The position numbers were made by a program, and so were the translations under genes. The notes under the pieces are model-generated. The model searched no databases. It saw only the letters and a program-made list of their open reading frames with translations, and was not told the DNA's origin. Positions 11,236-22,698 of a stretch of 64,000 nt of DNA are shown here, piece by piece. The DNA comes from Vicugna vicugna (Eukaryota): positions 4,126,588-4,190,587 of the forward strand of contig MU059175.1 in the NCBI GenBank assembly GCA_013265495.1, read 5' to 3'. Position 1 is the stretch's first letter, and each line of letters opens with the position of its first letter.

Positions 11236-13379
11236 CTCCAGACTGATATTCTTTCTACCTCTGGTCGTTCTGTTGGTTGTAGTTTAAGGTGGCTGAGGCC
11301 AGAGACAGAGCCAAGAGCAGATCAGCTGTGTCTCATCTACAGGCCTTATTACTCCTCAGCGGAGGAGCGATTGTTAACAGGTTTTTGTTTTTAAAGGTTC
11401 ACTCTAGCCCCTGAAGCACTTCTGATAGAATGCCCACCACCTGTTTCCCTGGGGCCAGGATTCTGACCTTAAATTATTTTAGGTCTGTGACCAGGTGACT
11501 TCTGGAAGGATTCCATCACAGGCACCAGTCTTCTTAATGCCAGCTGGCAGCCTTGATTGCAGGATTACTGCTTGGAACCATATGAAGTATGGATCCAAAA
11601 GGGAGGAAGTGAAAACACATTCTTCAGACTTATTTTAGGATTCTGTTAAAATCAAGAGATTGTGTTGCTGTGTGTTCTATTCCCAGTGAAAGTGACATTC
11701 CGATAACCCTACCTCATTGTAGTGGAAAATCTGTAAGGGCTATTCTTTAAACTTGTTTTAGGTTTCTGAAACTAGTAAGTTCCAAATCTGGTGGTCTTTT
11801 AGAAATGCAACTGTTTTTATTCTGAGGAGAAAATTGCAGGTCACTTGCTCCATAGCATGTATGATCTCCAAACTTGAATCAACAAAATATCCATCCAGTA
11901 AAGATTGTTACTGATTCATCTTGTTTATTCAGCTTAACTGTCAGAAAAATTGGTTGGAGGGAGGGTGGATGGGAAGAGTACAGATTCAAGATAATCTTGT
12001 TCTTCCCTAGAAAGGGGACATCTGTCTTGTTTATTATTGTATCTCTTGCATCCAGGGTGCTCGTTTGTAGTAGAAATTCAGGAAATACTTGTTTAATTTA
12101 TTTGAATTCAGAGTTTGGGGATTTAGATAGTGCAGTTCTTAAAACTTACTGTCAACTGAGAAAGTTTTATTTGCATCTGTAGGTAAACCATGAATGATAG
12201 GTGATCTTATTAAAATTTTAATCACTACAAGGAAATTTTAGCAAAAAATACTGCTTTAACTAATGCCATATTTCCTCAACTCTTAGTTGTGCAGTTTTTA
12301 CATTCTTTTTGAATCTCATAAATACATTCACTTAATACAGTGATTTTTATTTCTCTCACAGCTGGGAAGTTAGTGGTGCTTTCAATTCATGTTAACTTAG
12401 AATAGAGAAGCTGAAGTAGCTGCTTGCTAACATGGCCTTTGGTTTTTCATCCTCATGTATATTTTACTCTTTCAAGCCTGTAAATTTAATCCTTGTGCTC
12501 TGTGAAGCTGGTGCAAACCTAAAAAAATAAAATTGTCTTTACTTATTTCAGGCCAGTGTCTCTGGTATAAAATTGGCCCGACAGGCTGTGCACACAGCAA
12601 AGAGTAGAGCATAGCCGTCAAAGGGAGTCCTGCCAAGGGTGCTCCACACTGTTAAGCCAGATTTAGGACATCAGAAGATGAAGCAGAAGTCAAGAGAGGT
12701 GTTGAGATTTCAAAGCTGAATAGCTTGTTACATCATTTCATCTCACAGGACACCACAAGCCTAAATTCTGACTTTAATAAATATCCCCCACTTCTTTTTA
12801 ATTTCTCTAAATTTTTTTTAAAGTTGGCCTCCGCTTCCAAAAATTTTGAGTGAAATGTTTCTGTACTTCCCCTGTTCTCTAAGGAATTCAGAAACAGAAA
12901 GAGATCAGGGGACTTGCTGTCAAGTCATGGGCGTCTTGTTTTATTTGAGTTTCCCTAAGGAGTTTTATGGAACTTTATCCACAACAAATTTTTTGTTGTG
13001 GCTGGCTTTTTTTTTTTCCTCTTTCCCATTCCTCGTGATGATTCTGTTTTTGTTATTATCTAAAGAAATGAAGCAAGTTTGCTGAAAGTTTATTAAATAG
13101 CCCATGAATATTTGAAAATATGCACTTACCTTTTAAAGTTTTTATTTGTGGCTCCTTAAAACTTTAAACTTTCCTCTAGACCTGCTCCTTTATAGAATTT
13201 AAATTATTGTGATTGTGTTGTACCTCCTGACCGTACTGATACTTTGCTCTCTTTGATTTCTTACCTGTTCACTTTGTTTTTGATTTTTGATCAATGGTTT
13301 TTACTCTGCAGTAGTTTAAAACAATTATTTTTCCAGTTTATGTGTGAAAATGCCTTAGTTTTTTTCTGTGCAAAAGTTC

Positions 13380-13590
13380 GTTTATTTAGTGAACGTTGGT
13401 GTTCATACTATATGCCACACAGTCTTAGGTATTGAGACATAGTGGTGAATGTGAGCTAGTCCTTACTGACATAAAGCTTCGAGTACTGGAGGAAGCACAT
13501 GTTCAAGGTCTACAAGTTATTACTTATAATTGTGATTTGCGCTATGCGGGGAAAGTCTTTGGGGCTCCTAACTTACGTGGGGGTCAGGGA
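13380..13590 (-). mobile_element. L2 3' end fragment
   Basis: TTTATTTAGTGAAC...TACTATATGCCACACAG...GAGACATAGTGGTGAATG, reverse of the L2 tail. Confidence 0.5.
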
Positions 13591-14476
13591 AGTTAATTTG
13601 TTAACATATCTTTCTCCCATCTACCCTCTCCCTTCCCTACTCATACCAAGGCAGACTTTTGGTTTTTAATTTGATAGGCATTAGAATCTTAGAATAGAAA
13701 GGGAGTCCTGAAGTTGAACTCTCTGCTCCTTGATAAATTTATGGTGAACTTTAAATCCTGGTTCTGATGTTTGCCATCTAGTTTGTATCCCACCATAGAT
13801 GTGGCTTTTTTTTTTTTAAACAGCCAAGAAATCAATTTTAATGTTCTCAGGTATAACAGTAACTAGGCAGCTTTCACTACTAAAAAGTATACAGTCACTG
13901 CCAAGATCAGCAGTGTGATCTGCATAGTCTGCATCCTTTATTCTCTTCAGTTATGGCTGTGAAATTGTGCTGTCTCCACCTGATTTTGAAGTGTAAGTTA
14001 CTAACCTTTTTATTTTGGTAGCACTTTTCCAGTGTATGGATGGAGGTTATAAAAGACTATAAAGAGGAATATCTGTTAAACTTTTTTGCTTGGCCTGGAG
14101 TACTTTACCAACTTGGCCAAAATTATAGTTTGTCATTGATTTAATTATTTGGTTAGCTTGTGAATAACCTTTTATAGAACCTAGATCTGCCAGATTGTGG
14201 CAGCCAGCCTCGTTTCTTCACAATACTGTGTTCCAGTATTTGTTTAAATTTAAGCTAACATCAGATACTGTATTAATTTGGAATTGTCTTTGAAACATTT
14301 CTTGGAATGGAAGAGGCTTAGGCAGTTTTCTTTGTAGAAACCTTGAAAGACATCTATAGAAAAATATTTTTTTTTCTTAAAATGACCTGGATGCCTTTTG
14401 GGCCATCCTTTAATCCTAAAGGGCTCTGTATATTTGTAAAAGATTGGTAAAGTCTGGGAAATTTTTCTAAGTACTC

Positions 14477-14498
14477 AAAAAAAAAAAAAAAAAAAAAA
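14477..14498. repeat. Poly(A) tract (22 nt)
   Basis: Seen directly. Confidence 0.9.
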
Positions 14499-17003
14499 CA
14501 AGAAGGAGAAAGAGGTTAAAGAAAATGAGGAAGTGAATTCTCCTAGTGGTTTGTTTCCTCCCCACTCCAAACACCCCACATCATCAGAACTATACAGGAT
14601 GGTGAAGTTATGACATGATATTTTAAAATACTATCTTACCTACTTTTTAGATCACTGCATTTACTAGAGTATATTCTTAACTCACTGGTTTTCTCTGAGA
14701 GGTGACTCTGTTGGCTAAAACAGTTTTTCTCTCTTGTTTTTAATATTACATGGTCCTTTGGAAGGTAATCCGAACTTTGACTCCTTTTTACTGTATGTCA
14801 TGGAGAATTTTTTTTTTTCTAGTTCTTACTTCATCACAGCTTTTAGATCTTGGTCCCTTTTTCCTTAGGTGCCGAATAAAGCCATTGAAAATAGACAGTA
14901 ATATCCTCTATTCTTGATAGAGGGGAACTTGGAGAGAAGTAAAACCAAGTGTTAGTCAGGAGAGAATTGTAATGTTACTTCCCACATTACATGGACAGCA
15001 GGGGTGAGAGTTAAGGGGCTGGTGAGGGAAATGGGTTTTGAGGTAACAACTTCGCACTGCCTTCGGTGTCTGGCCTGTTCTTAATGGCTGTTTAAATTAG
15101 TTGGCATTTTTAGGACGCTTATTAAATGTTTTCAACTACATTGAAAGCTCCTTGATCTTAGTGATCCTGTTTTATAGCTTTGTTCCTTGAACATAGTCGG
15201 CCCTATCTTTTTAAGGTAAAGTTTAAAATGATAAAATTACGCATGTGGAAGATTAATACCGTATGTAAGTTTTTTTTTTTTTAATAGCATACTCAGCCTG
15301 GGTACTCAGGTTACTGAGAAGGTGCTGTGTGTAACATACATATTTGATCAGTCAGAGTTAATCAAAATTCTTCATATCTAGACTGAGCATTTTGAGATTT
15401 CTTTATGAACTTTAATTACTATACAATAGTATGTAAGTGCTGGATAGTAGATAATACAGAAAATCATCTTAAAATATTAACAGTGCTGTTTTTCTTCATG
15501 CATCGTTGTGAATAATTAAGATGTTACCATATCTATTTGCAGTCTGCTCGCTGGCGAGTTTAACAGTTTCCTTGGACCACACAGGAAAAGATCTGGTGTG
15601 ATGCTTCTGTAACCGCTTTGTACAGCTTCAAAGCATGCTATATTTAAAAAAAAATCACTGCTTCAGGACTGGGCTGAAGTGGCTGTGTTTGCCAGGCAGG
15701 CTCCAGGGGTGACCGCCAGCCCTGTCTAAGAGCAGTGTGAATCCATGGGCTTTGGGGAGAATGGCTGCTTTCTGCTCAACACTGAGTCTTTTTGGAAGCA
15801 GAGAAGTTGAGGTGTAGGGTGGATGCTCTGATCACAGAAGGGTAACCTTAAGAAAGGTGATGGGCTGAGTACTCCTGTGGTAGACGCCTAGTCCCTACAC
15901 ACACAGACATGCAGACACACACACACACCAGGGTACAGCAGCAGCTCCATCTGGTATGTTACAGGCCTGCCGTGACATAGAACTGTTTGTTCTAAAGCAA
16001 CTCATTTTAAAGCTGCAATATGTTAAATGGGCATCCTTTCATTGAAGGCCCTGAGTATGTTGGCAGTTTATCAGCAGCAGGGTTGTGATCCTGTCACTTC
16101 TTGTTAATGAAAGCTTTTATTTAGCTTAGCAAATCATATCTCCTGTTAACATCCACTCTTTCAAATGGTAAACTTGAAAGGGATGTTTGTGACTTTTTAT
16201 TAATTAGTAGCCATCAGGGTGCTTTGGTCCTCGCTGGTGATAGCCATTTAGCTGTATTTCTTCTACTGAGATGCAGCTTGTCTTGTGCTAGGAAAACCCC
16301 CAGATGACTAAAGTGATCCTTTCTTTGTTATTTTTGTAATGGGTTTTTATCTTTCCTCTTAGGTGGCCATTTCCTCTACTCTCAATTTCGCTTCCATTTT
16401 TAAATTCCTAGCAGGGGTTTTGTCAGAGCATTTACTTTCCCAGTGCAGCAGTTTGACTTTCCCAGCATTTGTTTATTTCTGGGCAGCCTGAGAGAATAAG
16501 TATTTTGTCTTCAGATTTAATGTGTGTTTCTTATATACACAGCAAATTCAAGGACATCAGAGAATGTCAGCGCTGGAGGGGCCCTTATCCACAGTGTTGA
16601 CTACCACCCTCATTTTATACAGGTGGATCTGTGGTAAAGGTGGTGCCTAATGTCTTATACATAGGGACGGACATTGGCTGGTGACCTGAGACCCATGGCT
16701 GGTTCCTGACTTGCTTTTCCTTCTCCCAATCCCCTCACCTCTTACTACTGTATTATTTCTATTTCATTTTTTAAAATGCAGGCTATGTCTTGGTGGGATT
16801 ATAAATAGGTTTTTAGAGGACTTTTGGCAGCAACTAACATAATTAAAAATGTAAATTGACTATGAATCAACAATTTCTATCTTTAAATGTCTATTTTTGC
16901 TTTCTTGTATAAGGTATTTATTGCAAACATTATTAGAAATAGTAAAACCTTAGATATTTATCACTAGGGGGTCAGTTTTATTAATTTGGACATATCTCTA
17001 TTA

Positions 17004-17196
17004 TAGTCAGCCCTCTGAAGGGGTTCTGCATCTGTGCATTCAGCCAACCTCGGACCGAATACCGTGTTTACAATCCGTGGAATCCACCAAACCTGTGGAT
17101 ACCGAGGGCTGATTTAAGGCCTTAAGAATCCTTGGGATTTTGGTATCTGTGGGGTCCCTAGAGCCGGTCCCCCATGGATACCAAGGGACGATGATG
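17004..17196. mobile_element. TcMar-Tigger MITE (MER2/MER8-like)
   Basis: Termini TAGTCAGCCCTCTG... and ...GGATACCAAGGGACGATGATG flanked by TA dinucleotides, with internal GGATTTTGGTATCTGTGGGGTCC. Confidence 0.7.
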
Positions 17197-17534
17197 TAGC
17201 CATCTATAAAGAAAGAATTCTCTATGTGCTGATATTTAAATGTAAAAAGCAAGGTGCAGAGATTATCACGGAAAGATCTCTGTGTGTATACTGAAGTATT
17301 TGCTTTCCTCACCTGTGTTTGTACATGTTTGTACTGGCTTTGAAAATGTTCGCATTGTTAATGAAACTGTTAACCTCTGGTGTGTGCACTGGAAGAAACA
17401 GACTTCTCTCTCATTTTATAATGTTCACTAGTTATGATCTTTTTGCATCCCATGTATTTTTTAATTTGCAAAAACATTAACATATAGTCACTAATTCAAA
17501 AGATAATAGAATTCCAGTATTCTCCCCTTCTAAA

Positions 17535-17770
17535 CTGTTGAGTAGTGTTCAGTGCCTTTGTAAAGTCCAGCATTGTGCCAGGTCTTTCGGAGATCAGAGG
17601 CAGGAGGATCTGGATGCTGTCCTTAAGTTGTTCAAGTCCAGTTGGCAGCTGATAAGACAGGAAGTGCAGTGAGTTAATGGTGGGAGAGGGCTTTTGGTGA
17701 GGGCTGCTGCATAACTGGGGAAAGGTTCATGGAACTAGGTAGATATGGGTGGCACTTTGGGAGAGGTTTT
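17535..17770 (-). mobile_element. L2 fragment
   Basis: CCAGCATTGTGCCAGGTCTTTCGGAGAT...CTGTCCTTAAGTTGTTCAAGTCCAG pattern of a reverse L2 3' region. Confidence 0.4.
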
Positions 17771-18177
17771 ATAGAAGTAGAAGGAGACTTTTTAAATCAC
17801 TTCAACTTCCTTTGACATAGAATTTTTATAAAACCACGATGGGCATAAGAAGTAGTTTACACAGTCCCAGGGCTGGAGAACCTTCTCTTTGAAGGTAAGG
17901 AAAACCATAGGAAGCCATTCTAAGTTTTATCCCTTTGTGTTAAAGGAATTCACTATGAAAGAAAAGTTACTTAGCACTGAGTTAGACCAGCATTTCTTAG
18001 AATTTTTCTTAAGACCCCTTTTTACACTTAAATTACTGAAGATTCAAAAGACCTTTTGTTTATATGCTTATCAACATTTTATTTAATCAGAGATTAAGAT
18101 AAGAAAGTTAAAAATATATTTAGCTCAAAAGTAATCCCGTAGCATTAATAAAAAAAAATTTTAAAAATGAAGGATGA

Positions 18178-18338
18178 GGGGGAGGGTATAGCTCAAGTGG
18201 TAGAGTGCATGCTGAGTGTGTTTGAGATCCTGGGTTCAATCCCCAGTACCTCCTCTAAAAAAAACAGATAAACCTAATTACTTTGATCCCTCTGCCAAAA
18301 TAAAATAATTAAATAATACAAAAATAAATAAAATATTA
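18178..18338 (+). mobile_element. Camelid-type tRNA-derived SINE (Vic-1-like)
   Basis: GGGGAGGGTATAGCTCAAGTGGTAGAG head with A box (18189-18200) and B box GGGTTCAATCCC (18232-18243), AAACCTAATTAC body and A-rich tail. The TSD is near-perfect: AAAAATGAAGGAT (18163-18175) / AAAAATGAGGGAT (18339-18351). Confidence 0.88.
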
Positions 18339-21300
18339 AAAAATGAGGGATATGTATGATTTTCTAAAACAAAAATAATGGTAAGAGGGCACACTTAAAT
18401 TTTTTCATGTCTTTAATGTCCAACTTAAAGTTTGCTGTATTCCCGTATTACACCAGACTGAATGCAGAAGTAGATAACACACATCATAAAACCTTTGGAA
18501 AGCTCTACATTTATGAAAGAAAAAGAGAAAAAGGTGGTGGTTTGACCTCTGGATCTATGAAAAGGTCTCAGGGACCTCCAGCAGTTCCCAGATCACACTT
18601 TGAGAACTGCTGAATTGGACTAATGGCTTCCTGGAAGAAAGAGAGCGAGGCTCATTTGAACCTTAAAAGAAAATTTAGAATCTGTATTATAAGGAGGAGT
18701 GGACAGTCACGTTTCCAGTGGAAGTGCAAATTTAAGAATAAACACACGGAATTAGAATTATTGAAGGTGAGGTTGTGCTGGGAGTTGAAGACTCGAATGT
18801 TGTGACCAGGTTCCATCACTGGCAAGTTTTACCTTGGTCCAAATCTTGGTTCTTAAATTTCCTTACCTAAAAATTGAAGCTGTGACTAGCTCTCAGAAGT
18901 CCCTTATAGGACGAACTTTCTGTGATTTATTCTTTTTTTTTTGTAGTGCTCTCAACACTTTCTATAAATACACCCATGCCCACACATCTACGCACACACA
19001 TTTGGAGCTCTTTGGAGAAGGTCACATGAGCTAAAAATGCACCTTGGAGTAGTTCACCTAAGCACTTTTTTTCCTACATTGGTTTCATTGTCCTAGTTTG
19101 TTTCTTAAATAGAAGTTGACTAAATGATACTGTGGGTGTATATAGAATCTTAACCTTTTTTGTCAGCTGTTGAACACACCTGCACTTTTTTTTTTTTAAA
19201 AGCCTTTCACTGCGTTTATTTACGCCTGCACCCCTCACCCTTTAGTCATAGAATTAGGTGGATAAGGAGGAGGAAAGTGAGATGTTATTCAGACCACTTT
19301 GTCGCAGGACTTTGCTTGTCCATTCCAGGGTGCTGAGGTCCTTGGGAGAAGAAAATGGCACAGCAGTCCCTTCCTTTGAAATGCAAAACGAGGTTGTTGG
19401 TGGTAAGGGGGTGTCCATTTATTTTTCTTTGTGTGATTCACGTTTCTTTAATATTCTAATAGAATTAATTTCTTTCAAGTTTCAAATTTGCTCATTTAGA
19501 CAGTTCCTGGATTTTAATTTGGATAACAAATTCCTGAACACTGTGTTGTCCTATATTGAGACCTTCATATGTTCTGACCTGATCAAAAAATATCCATACC
19601 AGCAGTGTTGAGCATTCTTTAAAAAAAAAAAAACAACTTGTGGTCAAGGAGACATTTTTATATTCTGTTATATCCATATACATAGAGCTTAATATTTATT
19701 GAATGAATGACAGTGAAGCTTTTATTTCCTTTCAAACACAAAATTCAAAGTGAGAAACATTAATCAATTTTTTATTTGGAGATCCCTGTAGCTGTAAAGA
19801 TACCTCCAACCTGAGAAAATTCCTGCCTAGTTCAAAAGATGTAAGGCAGCAGTTTTAAAAAATGTATATATTAAATATGAGAATGTTTCCAACAGTGCTG
19901 CTTTTTGTGTGTCTTCTGGGCTTTTATATTTCGTAACTGGGGGTGTCTTGGGGTAAGAGTGTCTCTAAAGGTAAAGAGCTGTTCTGAGAAAAAGTCTGGA
20001 GGTCAACTGTATCTGTGTTACACAGCTGCAAATGGACATGATGAAAAGTAAAATTGGAAGGAAAAGATTGCTATACTATTCACAATATTTGGGGTTGAAA
20101 CTAGGTCCGACTGCAAGGTTTATTGGTATATAATGTGTTCTTGATCTGAAAAGCCTGAGTGAGGTACTCTGTCTTTGGAAGAGCAGGAAGAGAATGTTAA
20201 GGCCAGTTTTCCTGTAGTCTCTATTTAATAAATGAGAGTGAGATCCTCTGAGGAGATTTAAAAAGCATGTTCATGGCCCTTGAAAGCATCCATATCAAAC
20301 GAAGCTAGGTCTGAATTAGTGTTGGAAAAAGAATTTCAAACATCATGTGCTTCCCCAAACTAAATTTAAAAAATAGTTTTCAACTTTTACTGTGACATTA
20401 TTTGAAATAAGTAGCTTTTCATTCTCACACTACATAGATCACAACGAGTTACTGTTAGTGAAGATGGGAATCTTGGTTCTTTGAAAGGTGTTTGAAATTT
20501 TTTTCTTTTTTTTAAGAAAGCAGATGGCGGCTGCAGTCCATTTCAAGTTACCCTTGAATGAGAGGAACAGGGCTAGGGAGAAGGTGCCGAGGGCTTTTGG
20601 CGTGGAAGCATGCTGCCATTTTTGCTCATGCTGGTTTAGCAGAGATGCTCTCTGTCTGCAACTTCTGGGGTGTGAGGTGACCCTGGTATGAGCTGACAAC
20701 CTGGTTACTTCTGCCAGTGTTAGGTAAACTTGAGAGTAAGGAATAGGAACCCTTCCATTTTAGGGCTTGATTATTAAACCTGAGGTTAAGAATTCAGGGT
20801 CCTTATCCAAGTCATCCAGCCTCTCCAAGCCTTATAAAGTTCTTGACCTACAAAAATGGGTACAGTCATCATACCTAGGATGAAAGGTTAATTGGGATGC
20901 TGTAGTAAGGCTCCCCAAAACAGTAGCTGTTTTCTTTTCTCATTCTAGAGTTGGAATTCTTTTTAAGACTGAAGGTAATGAGATTGTTGTAGGAGAAATG
21001 ATTTGACTCTAAGGCTTTATTTCGACAATACTTAGAATCCCTCTAATCCTGCATGAAGATCAGACCTGCCCTCTGCACTACAGAGCTCTTGGACAGCGCT
21101 AAATTAAAAGGTGTGGTCTTCGTTTAGATATGCTGTCAGAGCTTTTGAGAAAGGAAGAAGCATGGAAAATGGAAAAGATTATAGATTTCTCTTTTCAGTG
21201 ATAAATAAAGCCCTTTCAGGATTTTCTAATTCTTAATAGATTTTTTGCCCAACTATGTTTATCTCTTGTTTGGTGTATTAGGTTTGTAAAGAAGCTTAGT

Positions 21301-22480
21301 CTAGCCAGAAGGGACTTGGGTGTGGTAAGGCAATTACAGGCTCTCAATAGATGATGCACTAATTAGTGATCTGCATCCCTTTCAAACTAGGGTGTTGGCT
21401 GCTGGGAGTAGCAGGAGTTACTATTAACCATCAGTGACTAAGAATTAATCTTATTTAGCTGGAAATGGGGATAGATATTGTAATTAGATGTGAGAGAGAC
21501 AGTGATCAGACGTGAAATTGTGGGCCCTCAGAATTATTTCCGTTCTCCCCACTCACATGGTGGAGCAGAGGTGGAGTACAAAAGCTTGTGTTTTACTGGA
21601 GAAGACCTGGCTTCTAGGCCAGATGTGACTCTGTCTTAGAAGAGCATATCACTTCGCAGGGTCCCTGTTTCTTATGTCTAAAATGTGGGATGGGAAGCAA
21701 GCATAGGGTTGCTTTTCTCCTTTAAATATCTGGTTTGCTGATGTCAGAACTAGGGAAGGGTTGGATGCTGATAGCAATGACTGTGTTTTCTTGTTTAGAA
21801 GTAGTAGGTCAGACTTAAATAGTACTTTGTGTTTTGGGCTTTCTGTGGGCAGTTGTTTAGAGATGGAGGTGAAAAAATTAAAAAAAAAACTGCTGTGAGA
21901 TTGCATTACGTTGTGTTAGACTCTCTACTCTCAGATTATGTCTGTCATAATTGGGTAATAATTAACAGTTTAGAAGGCCATTATGATAAGGGTTTTAATA
22001 GTTCTTCCGCCCTTCACTTTACATGACCACCACCTGAGAGAAAATTTTGTGCACCTATCAAGGAAGAAAATTTTGGATTCAAGAACCTAATTGTTACATC
22101 TTGATTAAATGATGCCTATTAGGTTGTAATTATATCTACCCATAAAAAAGGATGATAGCAGATTTGATTGCTGGGTTTCCTAAAGCACTCTTCTAAGATA
22201 ATGAATTTTAATTACATATGTGTGCCTGGGAACCATTTTAAACCATTGAGAGAGGGAGAATGGACAAGGCATATTGAAAAAGAGCAGTGTTCACCTAGGT
22301 ATATAGCTTTGGGTTTGTGGTTTTGGAAGGATAGGAAGAGAAAAACCTGACTCCTCCCTTTGTGCCCACACACAAACACCTCTACAAAGGCTCCTGAATC
22401 AACATTCCTTCTGTAGGAAATGTTGCATAATGTCGATCAGGTATCAGAGGGACGTGACATAGTCGAAGTGGTCATCTCAG

Positions 22481-22698
22481 CATTACTCGGAATCTTTTTC
22501 TCTGTGCCAGGTGCTGTTGTAAGCAGTCTGCATTCTTTCACGCAAGTTCTCAGAACTCTCAGGTGTACATAGTGAAATTTTGCCAGTTTTACGTGTGAGA
22601 AATGACAGCACAGAGAGGCTTAAGTTCCTGGCCCGAGGACACAGTAAGTGGCAGAGCTGGAATTAGAACTCATGCTGTCTGGCTCCGGAGTTGCATGA
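22481..22698 (-). mobile_element. MIR element
   Basis: CTGTGCCAGGTGCTG...GAGAAATGACAGCACAGAGAGGCTTAAG...GTAAGTGGCAGAGCTGGAATTAGAACTC. Confidence 0.7.

Noticed and set aside
18178-18255. tRNA gene look-alike (also at 59400-59470)
   Set aside because: A and B boxes are present, but so are a SINE body, A-rich tail and TSDs. These are retroposed SINEs, not tRNA genes.
21091-21100. REST/RE1 site (right half GGACAGCGCT; a left half TTCAGCACC occurs at 35626-35634)
   Set aside because: Only isolated half sites, with no canonical 21-bp RE1.
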